Source: Macrostomum lignano (taxonomy: Eukaryota). From it: 64,000 nt of DNA. Below are positions 27,246 through 42,058 of this stretch, piece after piece. The notes below the pieces were generated by a model. The model did not search any database. It saw nothing but the letters and a program-made list of their open reading frames with translations, and was not told the DNA's origin. The translations under genes were made by a program, and so were the position numbers. The stretch lies in NCBI GenBank assembly GCA_002269645.1, contig NIVC01001753.1, positions 1-64,000 of the forward strand, read 5' to 3'. The stretch's first letter is position 1; the number at the start of each line of letters is the position of its first letter.

Positions 27246-29819
27246 GACACTAATAAGACAGACACTAAGACATACACTAAGACAGATACTAGGACAGACA
27301 CTAAGACAAACAGGCAGACAGCCATCACTTTGTCTACTTTACACTAGGCCTGCTCCGTGGGCCTCAGTGTAAAGTGTGTTAACCCCACCCCACCCCCTTC
27401 GCCCACCTCTCCTCCGCCCCCCCCCTCCGCCGCGTGCCGGGGGTTCTTAAACCCAGTATTTTCTGGCTTGACCGTGTGCAAGTGCTTAGATTTATTTATT
27501 TTTTTCTCTTGTTTTTTTCTCCCCGGTTTTATCGATCAATTTCGAATTCGACGTACGCCCGTGTATTGCGCAAAATAAATGCAACATCCGAAGGGGTCGC
27601 CTTCCCCACCTCGTCGCTGCTTTGTGCTTGCTGCCAACCCGCCGCCTTTGCCTTCCTTTTGCTGCTTGTGGGGTTGCGGGTTAATCTCCACCTCCCTCAT
27701 CATTTGTTTCCTCAGACACGGTGACGCCGTCGACGCCGCCGCCGATTCAGCTGATGCCACCGCTAGCGGAAGTCGCGCCGCCGGCGTCGACCAGCTGCTG
27801 AGCCTGCTGGCTAACTACAGCCGCGGCCGGTCGGCCGGCGGAGTCGGCATCGGCGGCAGCATCGTAGTCGGCGTTGTCGGCTATCCAAACACTGGCAAAT
27901 CGTCGCTGATTAATTCGTTGAAACGAGCTCGAGTTTGCCCTACCGGAGCGACGCCTGGCCTCACTCGGGTTAGCCAAGAGGTCGCTCTTGATAAGAAAGT
28001 TCGCCTACTAGACTGCCCTGGCGTTGTACTGGCTAGCGGCGCTCCGGCTGCGCAGCTAATTTTAAGAAACTGCGTCCGAGTTGAAACTATTGAAGATCCG
28101 CTGCCAGCTGTTCAGGTGATAGTGGACAGGTGCGCCAAAGAGAAACTAATGGTGTTTTATTCTTTGCCGCAATTTTCCACTGCCGAAGAGTTTCTAATTA
28201 TTCTGGCCAAACGGATGGGCAAACTGAAGCGTGGCGGACTGCCGGACACTGCCGCTGCTGGGCGCAAGGTTAGTAGTCTGCTATAAAGCACTGTCTTTAT
28301 TGGGTAGCAGAGTGCGAGAGATTAGTGACAGTTGCCAGATTGACTAAGATGTCAGATTAGTGATAGATGTCAGACCAGTGACAGGGATGTCATATTAGTG
28401 ACAGGGATGTCAGATCAGTGATAGGGATATCAGATTAGTGATAGATGTCAGATCAGTGACAGGGATGTCAGATTAGTGACAGGGATGTCAGATTAGTGAC
28501 AGGGATGTCAGATTAGTGACAGATGTCAGATTAGTGACAGATGTCAGATTAGTGACAGGGATATCAGATCAGTGACAGGGATATCAGATCAGTGACAGGG
28601 ATATTAGATTAGTGATAGATGTCAGATCAGTGACAGGGATGTCAGATTAGTGACAGATGTCAGATTAGTGACAGGGATGTCATATTAGTGACAGGGATAT
28701 CAGATCAGTGACAGGGATATCAGATTAGTGATAGATGTCAGATTAGTGACAAGGATGTCAGATTAGTGACAAGGATGTCAGATTAGTGACAGATGTCAGA
28801 TTAGTGACAGGGATGTCAGATCAGTGATAGATGTCAGATTAGTGACAGGGATGTCAGATCAGTGACAGATGTCAGATTAGTGACAGGGATGTCATATTAG
28901 TGACAGGGATATCAGATCAGTGACAGGGATGTCAGATTAGTGACAGGGATGTCAGATCAGTGACAGGGATGTCAGATTAGTGACAGGGATGTCAAACCAG
29001 TGACAGGGATGTCAGATCAGTGACAGGGATGTCAGATCAGTGACAGGGATGTCAGACCAGTGACAGGGATATCAGACCAGTGACAGGGATATTAGACCAG
29101 TGATTAGGATTTCTCATTATGAATAACCCCGTCAGCTACGATATAAATCAAATTTCGCTACACAGGTGCTAAACGATTGGTCCAGCGGCCGCCTCACCTA
29201 TTACACGTTGCCGCCGGAAAACCCGGCAGCTCAGACAGCCAGCCAGCTTGAATTAGTTGGCCAGTGGTCCAAGGAGTTCAGCCTGGACACTGTCGATCTG
29301 TTGCCCAGCGAAGCCGACGGAGGCGGCGATTCGCTTGGCCGCGCGCCCGACGCTCTCGATACGGTGGTTAATCCGCTCGAGTCTGTTGCTATGGCAACGC
29401 TGGACGATGACAACAAGCAGGAGGCGGCTAGTAACGATGCCGCAATGGAAACGGACAATGATGAAGAAGAGTCTGGAGCCGAGGTGGACGAGAATCTAGT
29501 CGTGGACGCTAGCGAGTCGGTCAAATCTAGCGCCGGCGCCGATGTTCTGGAAGCCGCCAAAGAAGCTCGATTCCGCGCCGCTATGGCCGGCGCTCAGCAG
29601 AATCGAAGCCTGCGCCTTCAGGCCAAAAAGGCGCGCAAGAAGGCCAAACGGTTGGATCGAAATGCCGGCAAATTGGGCGGCGAATTCGAAGCCAAGATGG
29701 ACACCGTGCTGGACAGTCTGGCTGGTTTTGGCGGCGCCAAGAAGTCAACAGCAGCAACAACGGCAGCAGCTGGCCAAGCTGATTACGACTTTAATAAGCA
29801 CTTTCCGCCCAAAAACTAG
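21029..29819 (+). CDS. GNL3: Nucleolar GTPase GNL3/GNL3L (nucleostemin family); exons 21029-21047, 25788-25898, 26381-26634, 26819-27062 (1-nt frameshift near 26962), 27716-28268, 29166-29819
   Basis: N-terminus [31 protein letters not shown] and [11 protein letters not shown]. Circularly permuted GTPase motifs: [16 protein letters not shown] (G4), [16 protein letters not shown] (G1), LLDCPG (G3). Confidence 0.9.
21989..22755. mobile_element. Non-autonomous hAT-type element (MITE) in GNL3 intron 1
   Basis: Terminal inverted repeats TAGTGTTCCGCCATAG ... CTATGGCAGAACACTA, flanked by an 8-bp TSD ATAATCAA/ATAATCAG (7/8 match), with subterminal CTATGG repeats. Confidence 0.75.
27137..27318. repeat. 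(GACA)n-rich microsatellite in GNL3 intron
   Basis: Read directly from the sequence. Confidence 0.9.
28330..29105. repeat. 18-20-bp minisatellite GATGTCAGATTAGTGACAGG in last GNL3 intron
   Basis: Read directly from the sequence. Confidence 0.95.
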
Positions 29820-30348
29820 CGGCTTTCCCCTTCGTGTTGAAAAACGCACTAATGCATTTTTCTATAGCTTGCAGGAGAGAGATAGCTGACTAGGAGGGAT
29901 TGAATCACACTGTTTTTCTATACTACTCTTTTAAGCATATATAAGTAGTCTATTAAAAAGAGTGCTTTTCAGTCAAATTGCGTATTTCCATGAGCTACGC
30001 AATATGGCTATGGCATTTATATTTATTAGCTGAATTCTCCCTCCTGGGCCATCTATCTCCCCCTCCCCCCGATTTTAGCTGTCTTCAGAAGCCGCACTTA
30101 AATACTAATAGCAGACTGTCGTGCATGCATTGATCATGATAACAACAATTGTGAACAACTCTAAATAATTGCGCGTTTGACAGTTCAATAATTGCGCAAG
30201 CAAAGCGCCCCCCGCCCGGTCTAGCTTGCTTGAACTTTAGAAAAAGTTCGATTGTTGGAAATAAAACGCTACATTGAAGCTCTCTGTCTATTTGTCTGGT
30301 TTGGACTGATTTGGATTTTCTAGTTTTTTATTTCTATCCGCTCTTCAT

Positions 30349-31225
30349 TAGGCCACCCGCTCCTTCAGTAGGCCACCCGCTCCTTCAGTAGGCCACCCGC
30401 TCCTTCAGTAGGCCACCCGCTCCTTCAGTAGGCCACCCGCTCCTTCAGTAGGCCACCCGCTCCTTCAGTAGGCCACCCGCTCCTTCAGTAGGCCACCCGC
30501 TCCTTCAGTAGGCCACCCGCTCCTTCAGTAGGCCACCCGCTCCTTCAGTAGGCCACCCGCTCCTTCAGTAGGCCACCCGCTCCTTCAGTAGGCCACCCGC
30601 TCCTTCAGTAGGCCACCCGCTCCTTCAGTAGGCCACCCGCTCCTTCAGTAGGCCACCCGCTCCTTCAGTAGGCCACCCGCTCCTTCAGTAGGCCACCCGC
30701 TCCTTCAGTAGGCCACCCGCTCCTTCAGTAGGCCACCCGCTCCTTCAGTAGGCCACCCGCTCCTTCAGTAGGCCACCCGCTCCTTCAGTAGGCCACCCGC
30801 TCCTTCAGTAGGCCACCCGCTCCTTCAGTAGGCCACCCGCTCCTTCAGTAGGCCACCCGCTCCTTCAGTAGGCCACCCGCTCCTTCAGTAGGCCACCCGC
30901 TCCTTCAGTAGGCCACCCGCTCCTTCAGTAGGCCACCCGCTCCTTCAGTAGGCCACCCGCTCCTTCAGTAGGCCACCCGCTCCTTCAGTAGGCCACCCGC
31001 TCCTTCAGTAGGCCACCCGCTCCTTCAGTAGGCCACCCGCTCCTTCAGTAGGCCACCCGCTCCTTCAGTAGGCCACCCGCTCCTTCAGTAGGCCACCCGC
31101 TCCTTCAGTAGGCCACCCGCTCCTTCAGTAGGCCACCCGCTCCTTCAGTAGGCCACCCGCTCCTTCAGTAGGCCACCCGCTCCTTCAGTAGGCCACCCGC
31201 TCCTTCAGTAGGCCACCCGCTCCTT
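30349..31225. repeat. Homogeneous 20-bp tandem array TAGGCCACCCGCTCCTTCAG (~44 copies)
   Basis: Read directly; no variant units seen. Confidence 0.97.
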
Positions 31226-31440
31226 AACTTAAAAAAAGGTAAATATTTTTCTTATTTAAACTGCCTAATACTTAAATGTTCATAAAAATTGATGCATGTT
31301 GATCCGTTTCGGCTTGTTAGTATGACATATTTGCTGATAATTCTGCATATAAAATTTTGACAGAAGACAAATACTTTGACGAGCTTTTAATTGACTAAAA
31401 GGTCGACTAGAGACAATTCAAAACTACAAAAAGTCGAAAT

Positions 31441-33011
<1,571 letters not shown>

Positions 33012-33169
33012 ATTTTTTTATGTAAATCGTTCGATTTTCAAACACGAAAGAGTCTAATAATGCTTTGACTTTTCCCGCTCTATTTCCGCCTGTGTTTTCA
33101 TTGTAGAGGCGTGCGTTGCTGCTTTTGCGAGGCTGAAGTTCAATATTTAGTCAATTGGCTTCTTTTCCG

Positions 33170-34296
33170 ACCCTCATACACTTGCTGGGCCGGCCTCTTA
33201 GGTCCTCAGTTGCTGGGCCAGCCTCCCAGATGCTCAGTTGCTGGGCCAGCCTCTTAGATGCTCAGTTGCTGGGCCAGCCTTCCAGATGCTCAGTTGCTGG
33301 GCCAGCCTCCCAGATGCTCAGTTGCTGGGCCAGCCTCCCAGATCCTCAGTTGCTGGGCCAGCCTCCCAGATCCTCAGTTGCTGGGCCAGCCTCCCAGATC
33401 CTCAGTTGCTGGGCCAGCCTCCCAGATGCTCAGTTGCTGGGCCAGCCTCTTAGATGCTCAGTTGCTGGGCCAGCCTCCCAGATCCTCAGTTGCTGGGCCA
33501 GCCTCTTAGATGCTCAGTTGCTGGGCCAGCCTCCCAGATCCTCAGTTGCTGGGCCAGCCTCCCAGATGCTCAGTTGCCGGGCCAGCCTCCCAGATCCTCA
33601 GTTGCCGGGCCAGCCTCCCAGATCCTCAGTTGCTGGGCCAGCCTCCCAGATCCTCAGTTGCCGGGCCAGCCTCCCAGATCCTCAGTTGCCGGGCCAGCCT
33701 CCCAGATGCTCAGTTGCCGGGCCAGCCTCCCAGATCCTCAGTTGCTGGGCCAGCCTCCCAGATGCTCAGTTGCCGGGCCAGCCTCCCAGATGGTCAGTTG
33801 CCGGGCCAGCCTCCCAGATCCTCAGTTGCTGGGCCAGCCTCTTAGATGGTCAGTTGCTGGGCCAGCCTCCCAGATCCTCAGTTGCTGGGCCAGCCTCTTA
33901 GATGCTCAGTTGCTGGGCCAGCCTCCCAGATCCTCAGTTGCTGGGCCAGCCTCCCAGATGCTCAGTTGCTGGGCCAGCCTCCCAGATCCTCAGTTGCTGG
34001 GCCAGCCTTCCAGATGCTCAGTTGCTGGGCCAGCCTCCCAGATCCTCAGTTGCTGGGCCAGCCTCTTAGATGCTCAGTTGCTGGGCCAGCCTCCCAGATC
34101 CTCAGTTGCTGGGCCAGCCTCTTAGATGCTCAGTTGCTGGGCCAGCCTCCCAGATCCTCAGTTGCCGGGCCAGCCTCCCAGATCCTCAGTTGCTGGGCCA
34201 GCCTCCCAGATGCTCAGTTGCCGGGCCAGCCTCCCAGATCCTCAGTTGCCGGGCCAGCCTCCCAGATGCTCAGTTGCCGGGCCAGCCTCCCAGATG
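33170..34296. repeat. 28-bp minisatellite GCCTCCCAGATCCTCAGTTGCTGGGCCA
   Basis: Read directly; lies downstream of the Galpha stop codon. Confidence 0.96.
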
Positions 34297-35105
34297 CAAC
34301 CACACCTGAAAAGGAAACAAATAAATTACAAAGCTGTAAGAGTTCTGTTCGTTGCTTCCCGCCTTAAATAAATTTCGTATATAATCTTCAGTATAATGCT
34401 AATGAAATGCCTTGTTAATTGAATTGTTTGTTTTTGTCATCGCAACCTGTATGCTATATTGTAATACCATCGTTGGCCTGCCGGAGCTCGCTAAACAGAT
34501 ATTTATCTCTAATATTTATCTGTTTCACACCTGCAGTTTTTATGATTCACATCGGTTTCTATAAAGCTGAGCACTACAATTTGAGTCCGTTAGGGTTGGA
34601 AAAATTATATAATATATAAACAATAATAGATTGATTGCTTATTTTAATTGTATCTAATCAGTATATATTGCGATTATTACTGTCATTGCTTACCAGTTTA
34701 TCTGGATTTTTAGCTTTTTAAATAACCGACTGCAGTGGGGGGAGTGAGTTCATGCTCTGCTTGATTCAATATTCAAATTGCAGATGCTGACTAACTGTGT
34801 ATTTTTGTGCCTGCTTTAAATACACTGCCATTAAAATATTTGTTTGCTTTCTGTTATCGCTGTTTTCAATTAATTGTTTTGTAGTCTTTACTGGCTTCAA
34901 CTAGTTTCGGCCTGTTTATTACCATATCTTTAACCAGTTTTATAACTTATATTGTCAGTGACTTTTAACAGTTTTACAAAATGTCTCTGTGTAGAGTCTT
35001 TATTTTTAATTCGCGCTAGTTTTTTATTTTGTTTTTATCTGTTTAGCATTCAGTTGCAAGCCAAATAAAGGATGATCGGTTAGCTGAAATATTAAGTGCC
35101 TGTGC

Positions 35106-35690
35106 TTACTGAAGGTTTGGGGTAGTAGGTAGCGGTGTCTACTGAAGGATTGAGGGTAGTAGGTAGCGGTGTCTACTGAAGGATTGAGGGTAGTAGGTAG
35201 CGGTGTCTACTGAAGGTTTGGGGTAGTAGGTAGCGGTGTCTACTGAAGGATTGAGGGTAGTAGGTAGCGGTGTCTACTGAAGGATTGGGGGTAGTAGGTA
35301 GCGGTGTCTACTGAAGGATTGGGGGTAGTAGGTAGCGGTGTCTACTAAAGGATTGGGGGTAGTAGGTAGCGGTGTCTACTGAAGGATTGAGTGTAGTAGG
35401 TAGCGGTGTCTACTGAAGGATTGAGGGTAGTAGGTAGCGGTGTCTACTGAAGGATTGGGGGTAGTAGGTAGCGGTGTCTACTGAAGGATTGAGTGTAGTA
35501 GGTAGCGGTGTCTACTGAAGGATTGAGGTAGTAGGTAGTGGTGTCTACTGAAGGATTGAGGTAGTAGGTAGTGGTGTCTACTGAAGGATTGAGGTAGTAG
35601 GTAGTGGTGTCTACTGAAGTATTGGGGCAGTAGGTAGTGGTGTCTACTGAAGGATTGAGGTAGTAGGTAGCGGTGTCTACTGAAGTATTA
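35106..35690. repeat. ~34-bp minisatellite CTACTGAAGGATTGAGGGTAGTAGGTAGCGGTGT
   Basis: Read directly from the sequence. Confidence 0.95.
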
Positions 35691-36519
35691 AAGTAGTGGC
35701 AGCTGGTATTATTAACACAATCAAAGCTATATTAATATTCGAGTATCATTAGAAAGCGTTTCCCAGTGATCATGAGCCATTCACCATTTTGATTATTTTG
35801 CTTTATTTTTTTACTTGTAAAAAGCACTAATCTGCAGGTAAGTACATAATCGGTTAGAATTATTGAAAAATAAACTTTTATGCATACCATCGCTCTCTGG
35901 CAAGAGTGTGCTAGTTTAGTTACTAAATCAAAGCCTTTTATATCACAGTTAATAAGAACCCTGCTATTCGGCATCCATGCTTATTGACAGAAACGAGAGT
36001 TGTTGAAATAAATGCCAAGTTTATCTCTGTGTTATTCTATGAAATGTTCATTACTCATTTATTGAAGTTTTATAACTTCGGCTCCAGTTGTGCTACGGTA
36101 GCGAAATATTCTTTGGTATGGCCATCTGCCGCCCCCTCCTCTTCAATAAATTTCGTTGTGGCTTTTGCATGCGATTTTAAAACGATTTTTTCTAATTGGT
36201 CTTTTTTTGCTTGTCTCTGGCCGTATACTGCCTGTTATATACAGTAAGTGACTCACTGAATTTTTAGTGTCGCTTTAATCTGCCTGGTATGCCACAATGG
36301 CAAGCCCCGATAATGGTTAGCTATATATAATTATTAATAACAATGCGCTTATATACTACTACTTACTCTGCTATTGTTTCTTTTCTACTTTGTATTGTTT
36401 TGTAATAATTGTTAAAGCCAGATTTCAATATGAGAAAATATGTGTTACAATCTTTTCAAATGGGCTAGTTTTCTGCTTTCATCTTATTCAATTGAGCTTA
36501 GGGTAGAACTTTGAGAATC

Positions 36520-37770
36520 CAAAAGACCGCATATAGAATCCAAAGGACCGCATATGGAATCCAAAGGACCACATAAAGACTCCAAAAAGACCACACAGAC
36601 TTCAAAAGAACCACATAAAGACTCCAAAAGGACTACATAAAGACTCCAAAAGGACCGCATAAAGACTCCAAAAGGACCGCATAAAGACTACAAAAGGACC
36701 ACATAAAGACTCCAAAAGGACTACATAAAGACTCCAAAAGGACCGCATAAAGACTCCAAAAGGACCGCATAAAGACTACAAAAGGACCACATAAAGACTC
36801 CAAAAAGACCACACAGACTTCAAAAGAACCACATAAAGACTCCAAAAAGACCACACAGACTTCAAAAGAACCACATAAAGACTCCAAAAGGACTACATAA
36901 AGACTCCAAAAGGACCGCATAAAGACTCCAAAAGGACCACACAAAGGCTTCAAAAGTACTACATAAACACTCCAAAAAGACCACACAGACTTCAAAAGAA
37001 CCACATAAAGACTCCAAAAGGACTACATAAAGACTCCAAAAGGACCGCATAAAGACTCCAAAAGGACCGCATAAAGACTCCAAAAGGACCACATAAAGAA
37101 TCCATAAGGACCACATAAAGACTCCAAAAAGACCACACAGACTTCAAAAGAACCACATAAAGACTCCAAAAAGACCACACAGACTTCAAAAGAACCACAT
37201 AAAGACTCCAAAAGGACTACATAAAGACTCCAAAAGGACCGCATAAAGACTCCAAAAGGACCACACAAAGGCTTCAAAAGTACTACATAAACACTCCAAA
37301 AAGACCACACAGACTTCAAAAGAACCACATAAAGACTCCAAAAGGACTACATAAAGACTCCAAAAGGACCGCATAAAGACTCCAAAAGGACCGCATAAAG
37401 ACTCCAAAAGGACCACATAAAGAATCCATAAGGACCACAAAAAGACTCCAAAAGAGACCACAAAAAGACTACAAAAGGGCTGCATAAAAATTCCAAAAGG
37501 GCCACTTAAAGACTCCAAACGGATCACACAAAGACTTCAAAAAGAGACCACAAAAAGACTCCAAAAGAACCACATAAAGACTACAAAATGACCACATAAA
37601 GACTCGAAAAGGACCCCATAAAGACTCTAAAAGGACCACATAAAGACTCGAAAAGGACCCCATAAAGACTCTAAAAGGACCACATAAAGACTCCAAAAGG
37701 ACCCCATAAAGACTCGCAAAGGACCACATAAAGACTCGAAAAGGACCACATAAAGACTCAAAAAGGACCA
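36520..37770. repeat. 22-bp minisatellite CCACATAAAGACTCCAAAAGGA
   Basis: Read directly; lies immediately upstream of the oxidase start. Confidence 0.95.
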
Positions 37771-37811
37771 CATATTGTGTAATCAAGAATCCATCATTCC
37801 TGCGAACTTTC

Positions 37812-39578
37812 ATGAGCGCCAGAGAGCAGCAGCGATGGGGGCGGCCGGCTCGCGTAGCCGTTGTCGGCGCCGGCCTGGTTGGCGCCTCGGTCGCCCTACA
37901 GGCTCAGTCGGCGCTTCCGCCAGGCTCCTCCGTGACGATAATAGCCGATGCCTTCAACGCCGGCACCACATCCTGGGTGGCGGCTGGCGCATTTCGAGTT
38001 GAAAGCGTCGAGGAGCTGTCGCCGGACAGTCCGGACAGAGCAGAGCGCTGGTGCCGCGACTCGTTGCGTCATTTAAGCCGATTGGCCTTTGGCCCGGCCG
38101 GTCCGCGCGCCGGCGTGGCGCCACTGCCGATAGTTCAGGTGGCGCGGGAGCCGCCGCCGCGCCGACGCTACGCCTATTCTGATATGGCGCCCGGCGGTTG
38201 CCGCGAATTGACTCCGGAGGAATTGTTGACGCAGTTCCCCGACTGGCCAGGCGGGCTGGGCTTCGGCATAGAGAGCCTCAGCGTGCTGGCTGATCCCAGG
38301 CTCTACCTGCCCTGGCTGCTGGATCAGTTCTTGGCCGCTGGTGAGTCTTTGTTCTTGGTGTTTGAGCCCTGCAATCTGCAGTCAAGGCTTGGCAGATCTG
38401 AGGGATTAGGCTACTGATCCCTAATCTCCATTACAGTTGCTAATCCTCAGTTCAGGAGATTAGGCTACTGATCCCTAATCTTCATTTACAGTTGCTAATC
38501 CTCAGTTCAGGGGATTAGGCTACTGATCCCTAATCTTCATTTACAGTTGCTAATCCTCAGTTCAGGGGATTAGGCTACTGATCCCTAATCTCCATTTCAG
38601 TTGCTAATCCTCAGTTCAGGAGATTAGGCTACTGATCCCTAATCTTCATTTCCAGTTGCTAATCCTCAGTTCAGGAGATTAGGCTACTGATCCCTAATCT
38701 TCATTTCCAGTTGCTAATCCTCAGTTCAGGAGATTAGGCTACTGATCCCTAATCTTCATTTCCAGTTGCTAATCCTCAGTTCAGGAGATTAGGCTACTGA
38801 TCCCTAATCTCCATTTACAGTTGCTAATCCTCAGTTCAGGAGATTAGGCCACTGATCCCTAATCTCTATTTACAGTTGCTAATCCTCAGTTCAGGAGATT
38901 AGCCTACTTATCTTTAATCCAAAGTCAAAACCGCAGTTGTTAATCTCAAGCTAGCCAGTAATTCAGTTTGGGAGACTAAGCTGATTGGGGACCTGATCCC
39001 ATTGTGCAGGCGGCCGCATCGAGCGCCGCCGAGTCGCCAGTCTCGAAGAGGCGGGCGCCGGCGCCGACCTGGTGTTCAACTGCGCCGGTTTAGAGGCCGG
39101 CCGACTAGCCGGAGGCGACCCGGCCGTACATCCGGTCCGCGGCCAGGTGGCCCGGGTTCGAGCCCCCTGGCTAAAGCGGGGCTTCTACGGGCCGGACTCG
39201 ACCTACGCCTATCCCAGCGCTGCCCCGGGTGACCTGGCCACGGTTGGCGGCGTCCGTCAGGCTGGCGATTATTGCCTGACGGCCAGGGAGTCTGACGCTG
39301 CTGACATTCGAACCCGGGCCGTCCGCCTGCTGCCCGGCTTGGCCGCCGCGTTTGCCGACTCCGACGGGCGGCCTGGCGCGACTGGCGCAACGTCGACGTC
39401 GCAGCCGGATTTTGTTGGCCTCCGGCCGGCCCGACACGGCGGCATTCGGGTGGCCGCCGAGGGCTACGCCGTCCACTGCTACGGGCACGGCGGGCACGGC
39501 GTGGCGCTCAGCTGGGGCACCGCCGCGGAGGCAGTAGAGCTCGGCCTGGCCCGGCTAGACGGCGGCGCCAAGCTATAG
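37812..39578 (+). CDS. D-amino acid oxidase / D-aspartate oxidase family flavoenzyme, peroxisomal; exons 37812-38340, 39010-39578
   Basis: FAD-binding VAVVGAGLVG, TTSWVAAG, YLPWL, VFNCAGL, PVRGQV, GLRPAR, HCYGHGGHGVALSWGTA; C-terminal PTS1 tripeptide AKL. The intron is phase-1 GT/AG. DAO versus DDO cannot be resolved from sequence alone. Confidence 0.92.
38400..38910. repeat. ~55-bp intronic minisatellite containing an internal hairpin
   Basis: Unit GGAGATTAGGCTACTGATCCCTAATCT(C/T)CATTT(C/A)CAGTTGCTAATCCTCAGTTCA. Confidence 0.93.
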
Positions 39579-39658
39579 ATGACGTCGAGATGAATTTAAA
39601 ATTACATACTGTTAGAGTTCGTATCGGGTGTGGCGCGAAAAGCTTGCAAGAGCGCAGA

Positions 39659-39950
39659 CTATAATGATAATAATAATAATTAATAATAATAATAATTGAT
39701 TACACCTGCCCTACTATTGCGCGGCGCATCTGAAGGCTGCGTACGGCCGTTCAGTCCAAGGACTGGGGGGTCGCCACACACCCTCAATCACCCCAGCTAA
39801 TGCTGGCCCCCATTTTACAGCTGGGTGAACTGAAGCAATGCAGAGTTAAGCGTCTTGCTCAAGGACACAAATTGTTCCAGTGGGATCGGGAATCGAACCC
39901 CCGACCTTCAAGTCGTGAGTCCGACTCTCTAACCACTAGGCTAAAACCCC
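39659..39950 (-). mobile_element. tRNA-derived SINE with (ATT)n tail
   Basis: The minus strand shows an A box TAGCCTAGTGG, a B box GGTTCGATTCC, a tRNA-like head (CAC loop), a SINE-like body TGTGTCCTTGAGCAAGACGCTTAAC and a trinucleotide tail at 39659-39697. Confidence 0.75.
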
Positions 39951-39994
39951 TATATAATATAAGTACGAGTAGAAGTTTTGATGCTAAAACAACT

Positions 39995-40422
39995 ATATGA
40001 GCCACCTAGGCATATAAAGCGTAGTAAAACAGCCTTATTTCTACTTCCAGTTCAGTAGCAAGGAAGAATACATAAGCTATTTTTAAAAGGAAACTTTGAT
40101 AAGTTTATAATTTAGAAGCCAAGCTTGTAGACGTAAACAACTTGCTAATTGGTTCAGCCATAATGTACATTTGCTAGCGCCACTGAAATGTACATGGCAG
40201 CTTTATTTAGGCTGGAACACTAGGAGAAGGCAATAAAAATTTGGGGCAGGGGGGGGCGGGGGTAGAGATTCTGTGGTTGGAGGGTTTTAAGCTGGGGGGG
40301 GGGGTAAAGAGCCAATTAATAAGCCTTGACTAATTGACTTTAAAAATGCATTAAAATGCTTTTGGTTAACTTACTACTGAACTGAAAGTAGCTTACACGC
40401 AAATTTGCTGAGTGGCGCATCT
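39995..40422. mobile_element. MITE-like element, copy 1 (family shared with 50268-50490)
   Basis: Shares blocks such as TTAACTTACTACTGAACTGAAAGTAGCTT...CAAATTTGCTGAGTGG with the second copy; imperfect terminal inversion. Confidence 0.6.
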
Positions 40423-41149
40423 ACGAGTAGTTATTCTAGAATTTGTGGTTCTGGCGGCATTCGATTCCCAAATTTAGCTGAAAGAGTACGCATACTGGAA
40501 GCGCGCACACTCTGGCATTAACATGTGACCTAGTACCAGGGCCTAGCCTAAATGCAGTCTGGGGTCCAGTATGGAAATCTATTTGAAAAAGGTTAGTAGT
40601 AACTAACGTAGTTTTCTCTCCAGATTTTTTGACATCTTTTTTCTTCAATATTTTATTATTGATCTTTGAGATATTATTGAGCAAAGTGCCAATTGGATTA
40701 TGATTTTTATTGATTTATTACGCCGCTAAAAACTGTGAAATGTGATTTTTAAACAGTCGAATAAACTTGATATTTTATACTTATGCGCGTTGGCTGGTAT
40801 GTTACGTAAAGTTCATATTCGACCTTGATTGTCAAAAGTTCCCCTAGTCTTTTAATCGCTTCTTCTTAGGTACGTTCGCAATTTAGTTCTGGCATACTTG
40901 AAAACGTTGCTATGCCATTGTGAGCAATGATCAGATGTTTATAAATTCTTTCTCCCATCTTAGCAATAATATAGTGCCGTAGATACTGTATCATGTCCCA
41001 GTGTGATTGCGATTCTGTCATGTCTTTTTTGTTAGTAGCTTTGTGAACTATTTTTCATTTATAAAATTATATTTTGAACTTGAATTCTTCATGATTTAAG
41101 ATTGGTTTTCATTTTTTATGCAAATGACTAACTGAAATAGATAAACTTC

Positions 41150-41870
41150 GATAAACACACTCAAGAGGAATAAATCAAATTAGATAAACACATTTAAGGG
41201 AATAGATAAACTTAAATAAACACACTCAAGAGGAATAAATCAAATTAGATAAACACATTTAAGGGAATAGATAAACTTAAATAAACACATTCAAGAGGAA
41301 TAAATCAAATTAGATAAACACATTTAAGGGAATAGATAAACTTAAATAAACACATTCAAGAGGAATAAATCAAATTAGATAAACACATTTAAGGGAATAG
41401 ATAAACTTAAATAAACACATTCAAGAGGAATAAATCAAATTAGATAAACACATTTAAGGGAATAGATAAACTTAAATAAACACATTCAAGAGGAATAAAT
41501 CAAATTAGATAAACACATTTAAGGGAATAGATAAACTTAAATAAACACATTCAAGAGGAATAAATCAAATTAGATAAACACATCCAGGAGAGTAAAGAGA
41601 AACACATTCAAATGGATATAGGTTAACTCGGATAAACATATCTAAAGGGGTTTAGATCAACTGGATAAACAGATCCATAGGGTTATAAGTAAACTCGGAT
41701 AAACACATTCGAAGAGAATAGGATAAACATTCGAAGAGGCTAGGTAAACTCGGATAAACAAATTCAAAGAGGATAGGTCAACTCCTATAAACACATTCGA
41801 AGAGGATAGGTAAACTCCTATAAACACATTCAAGGGGATAGGTAAACTCGGATAAACACATTCAGGGAGG
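41150..41870. repeat. 65-bp dimeric minisatellite (two ~32-bp GATAAACACATT subunits), degenerating rightwards
   Basis: Read directly from the sequence. Confidence 0.9.
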
Positions 41871-42058
41871 AATTGCTTATACAAACTTATAAGTCTCTTG
41901 CATAATCATTATCTATTAACTAGCGGCTATTTGCACTCTATAATGCATGCAGTTTGTCATGGACTGACCAAGCGAGTCGCGGCTGCATGATAGAATTAGC
42001 TCAGATTTTGTAAGTATTATTCATTATTACAGAAATATCAACAGCGCCAGCAACCGGC

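Noticed and set aside
30349-31225. Regular repeat arrays (here and at 38400, 42898, 47824) as CRISPR arrays
   Set aside because: No unique spacers, no cas genes, and a eukaryotic context.
33155-34371. Multiple overlapping ORFs (SCWASLPD.../VAGPASQ...)
   Set aside because: Translations of a 28-bp tandem repeat.
36633-37813. Hydrophobic minus-strand ORFs resembling membrane proteins
   Set aside because: Translations of a 22-bp tandem repeat.
39870-39950. tRNA-Val(CAC) gene; also the tRNA-like sequence at 48394
   Set aside because: The acceptor stem is not convincingly formed and the sequence runs into a SINE body and tail, so it was called a SINE.
42010-42032. 23-nt GT-AG mini-intron upstream of ANKRD50
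   Set aside because: Too short to be credible without transcript data, and splicing it gives no in-frame extension.
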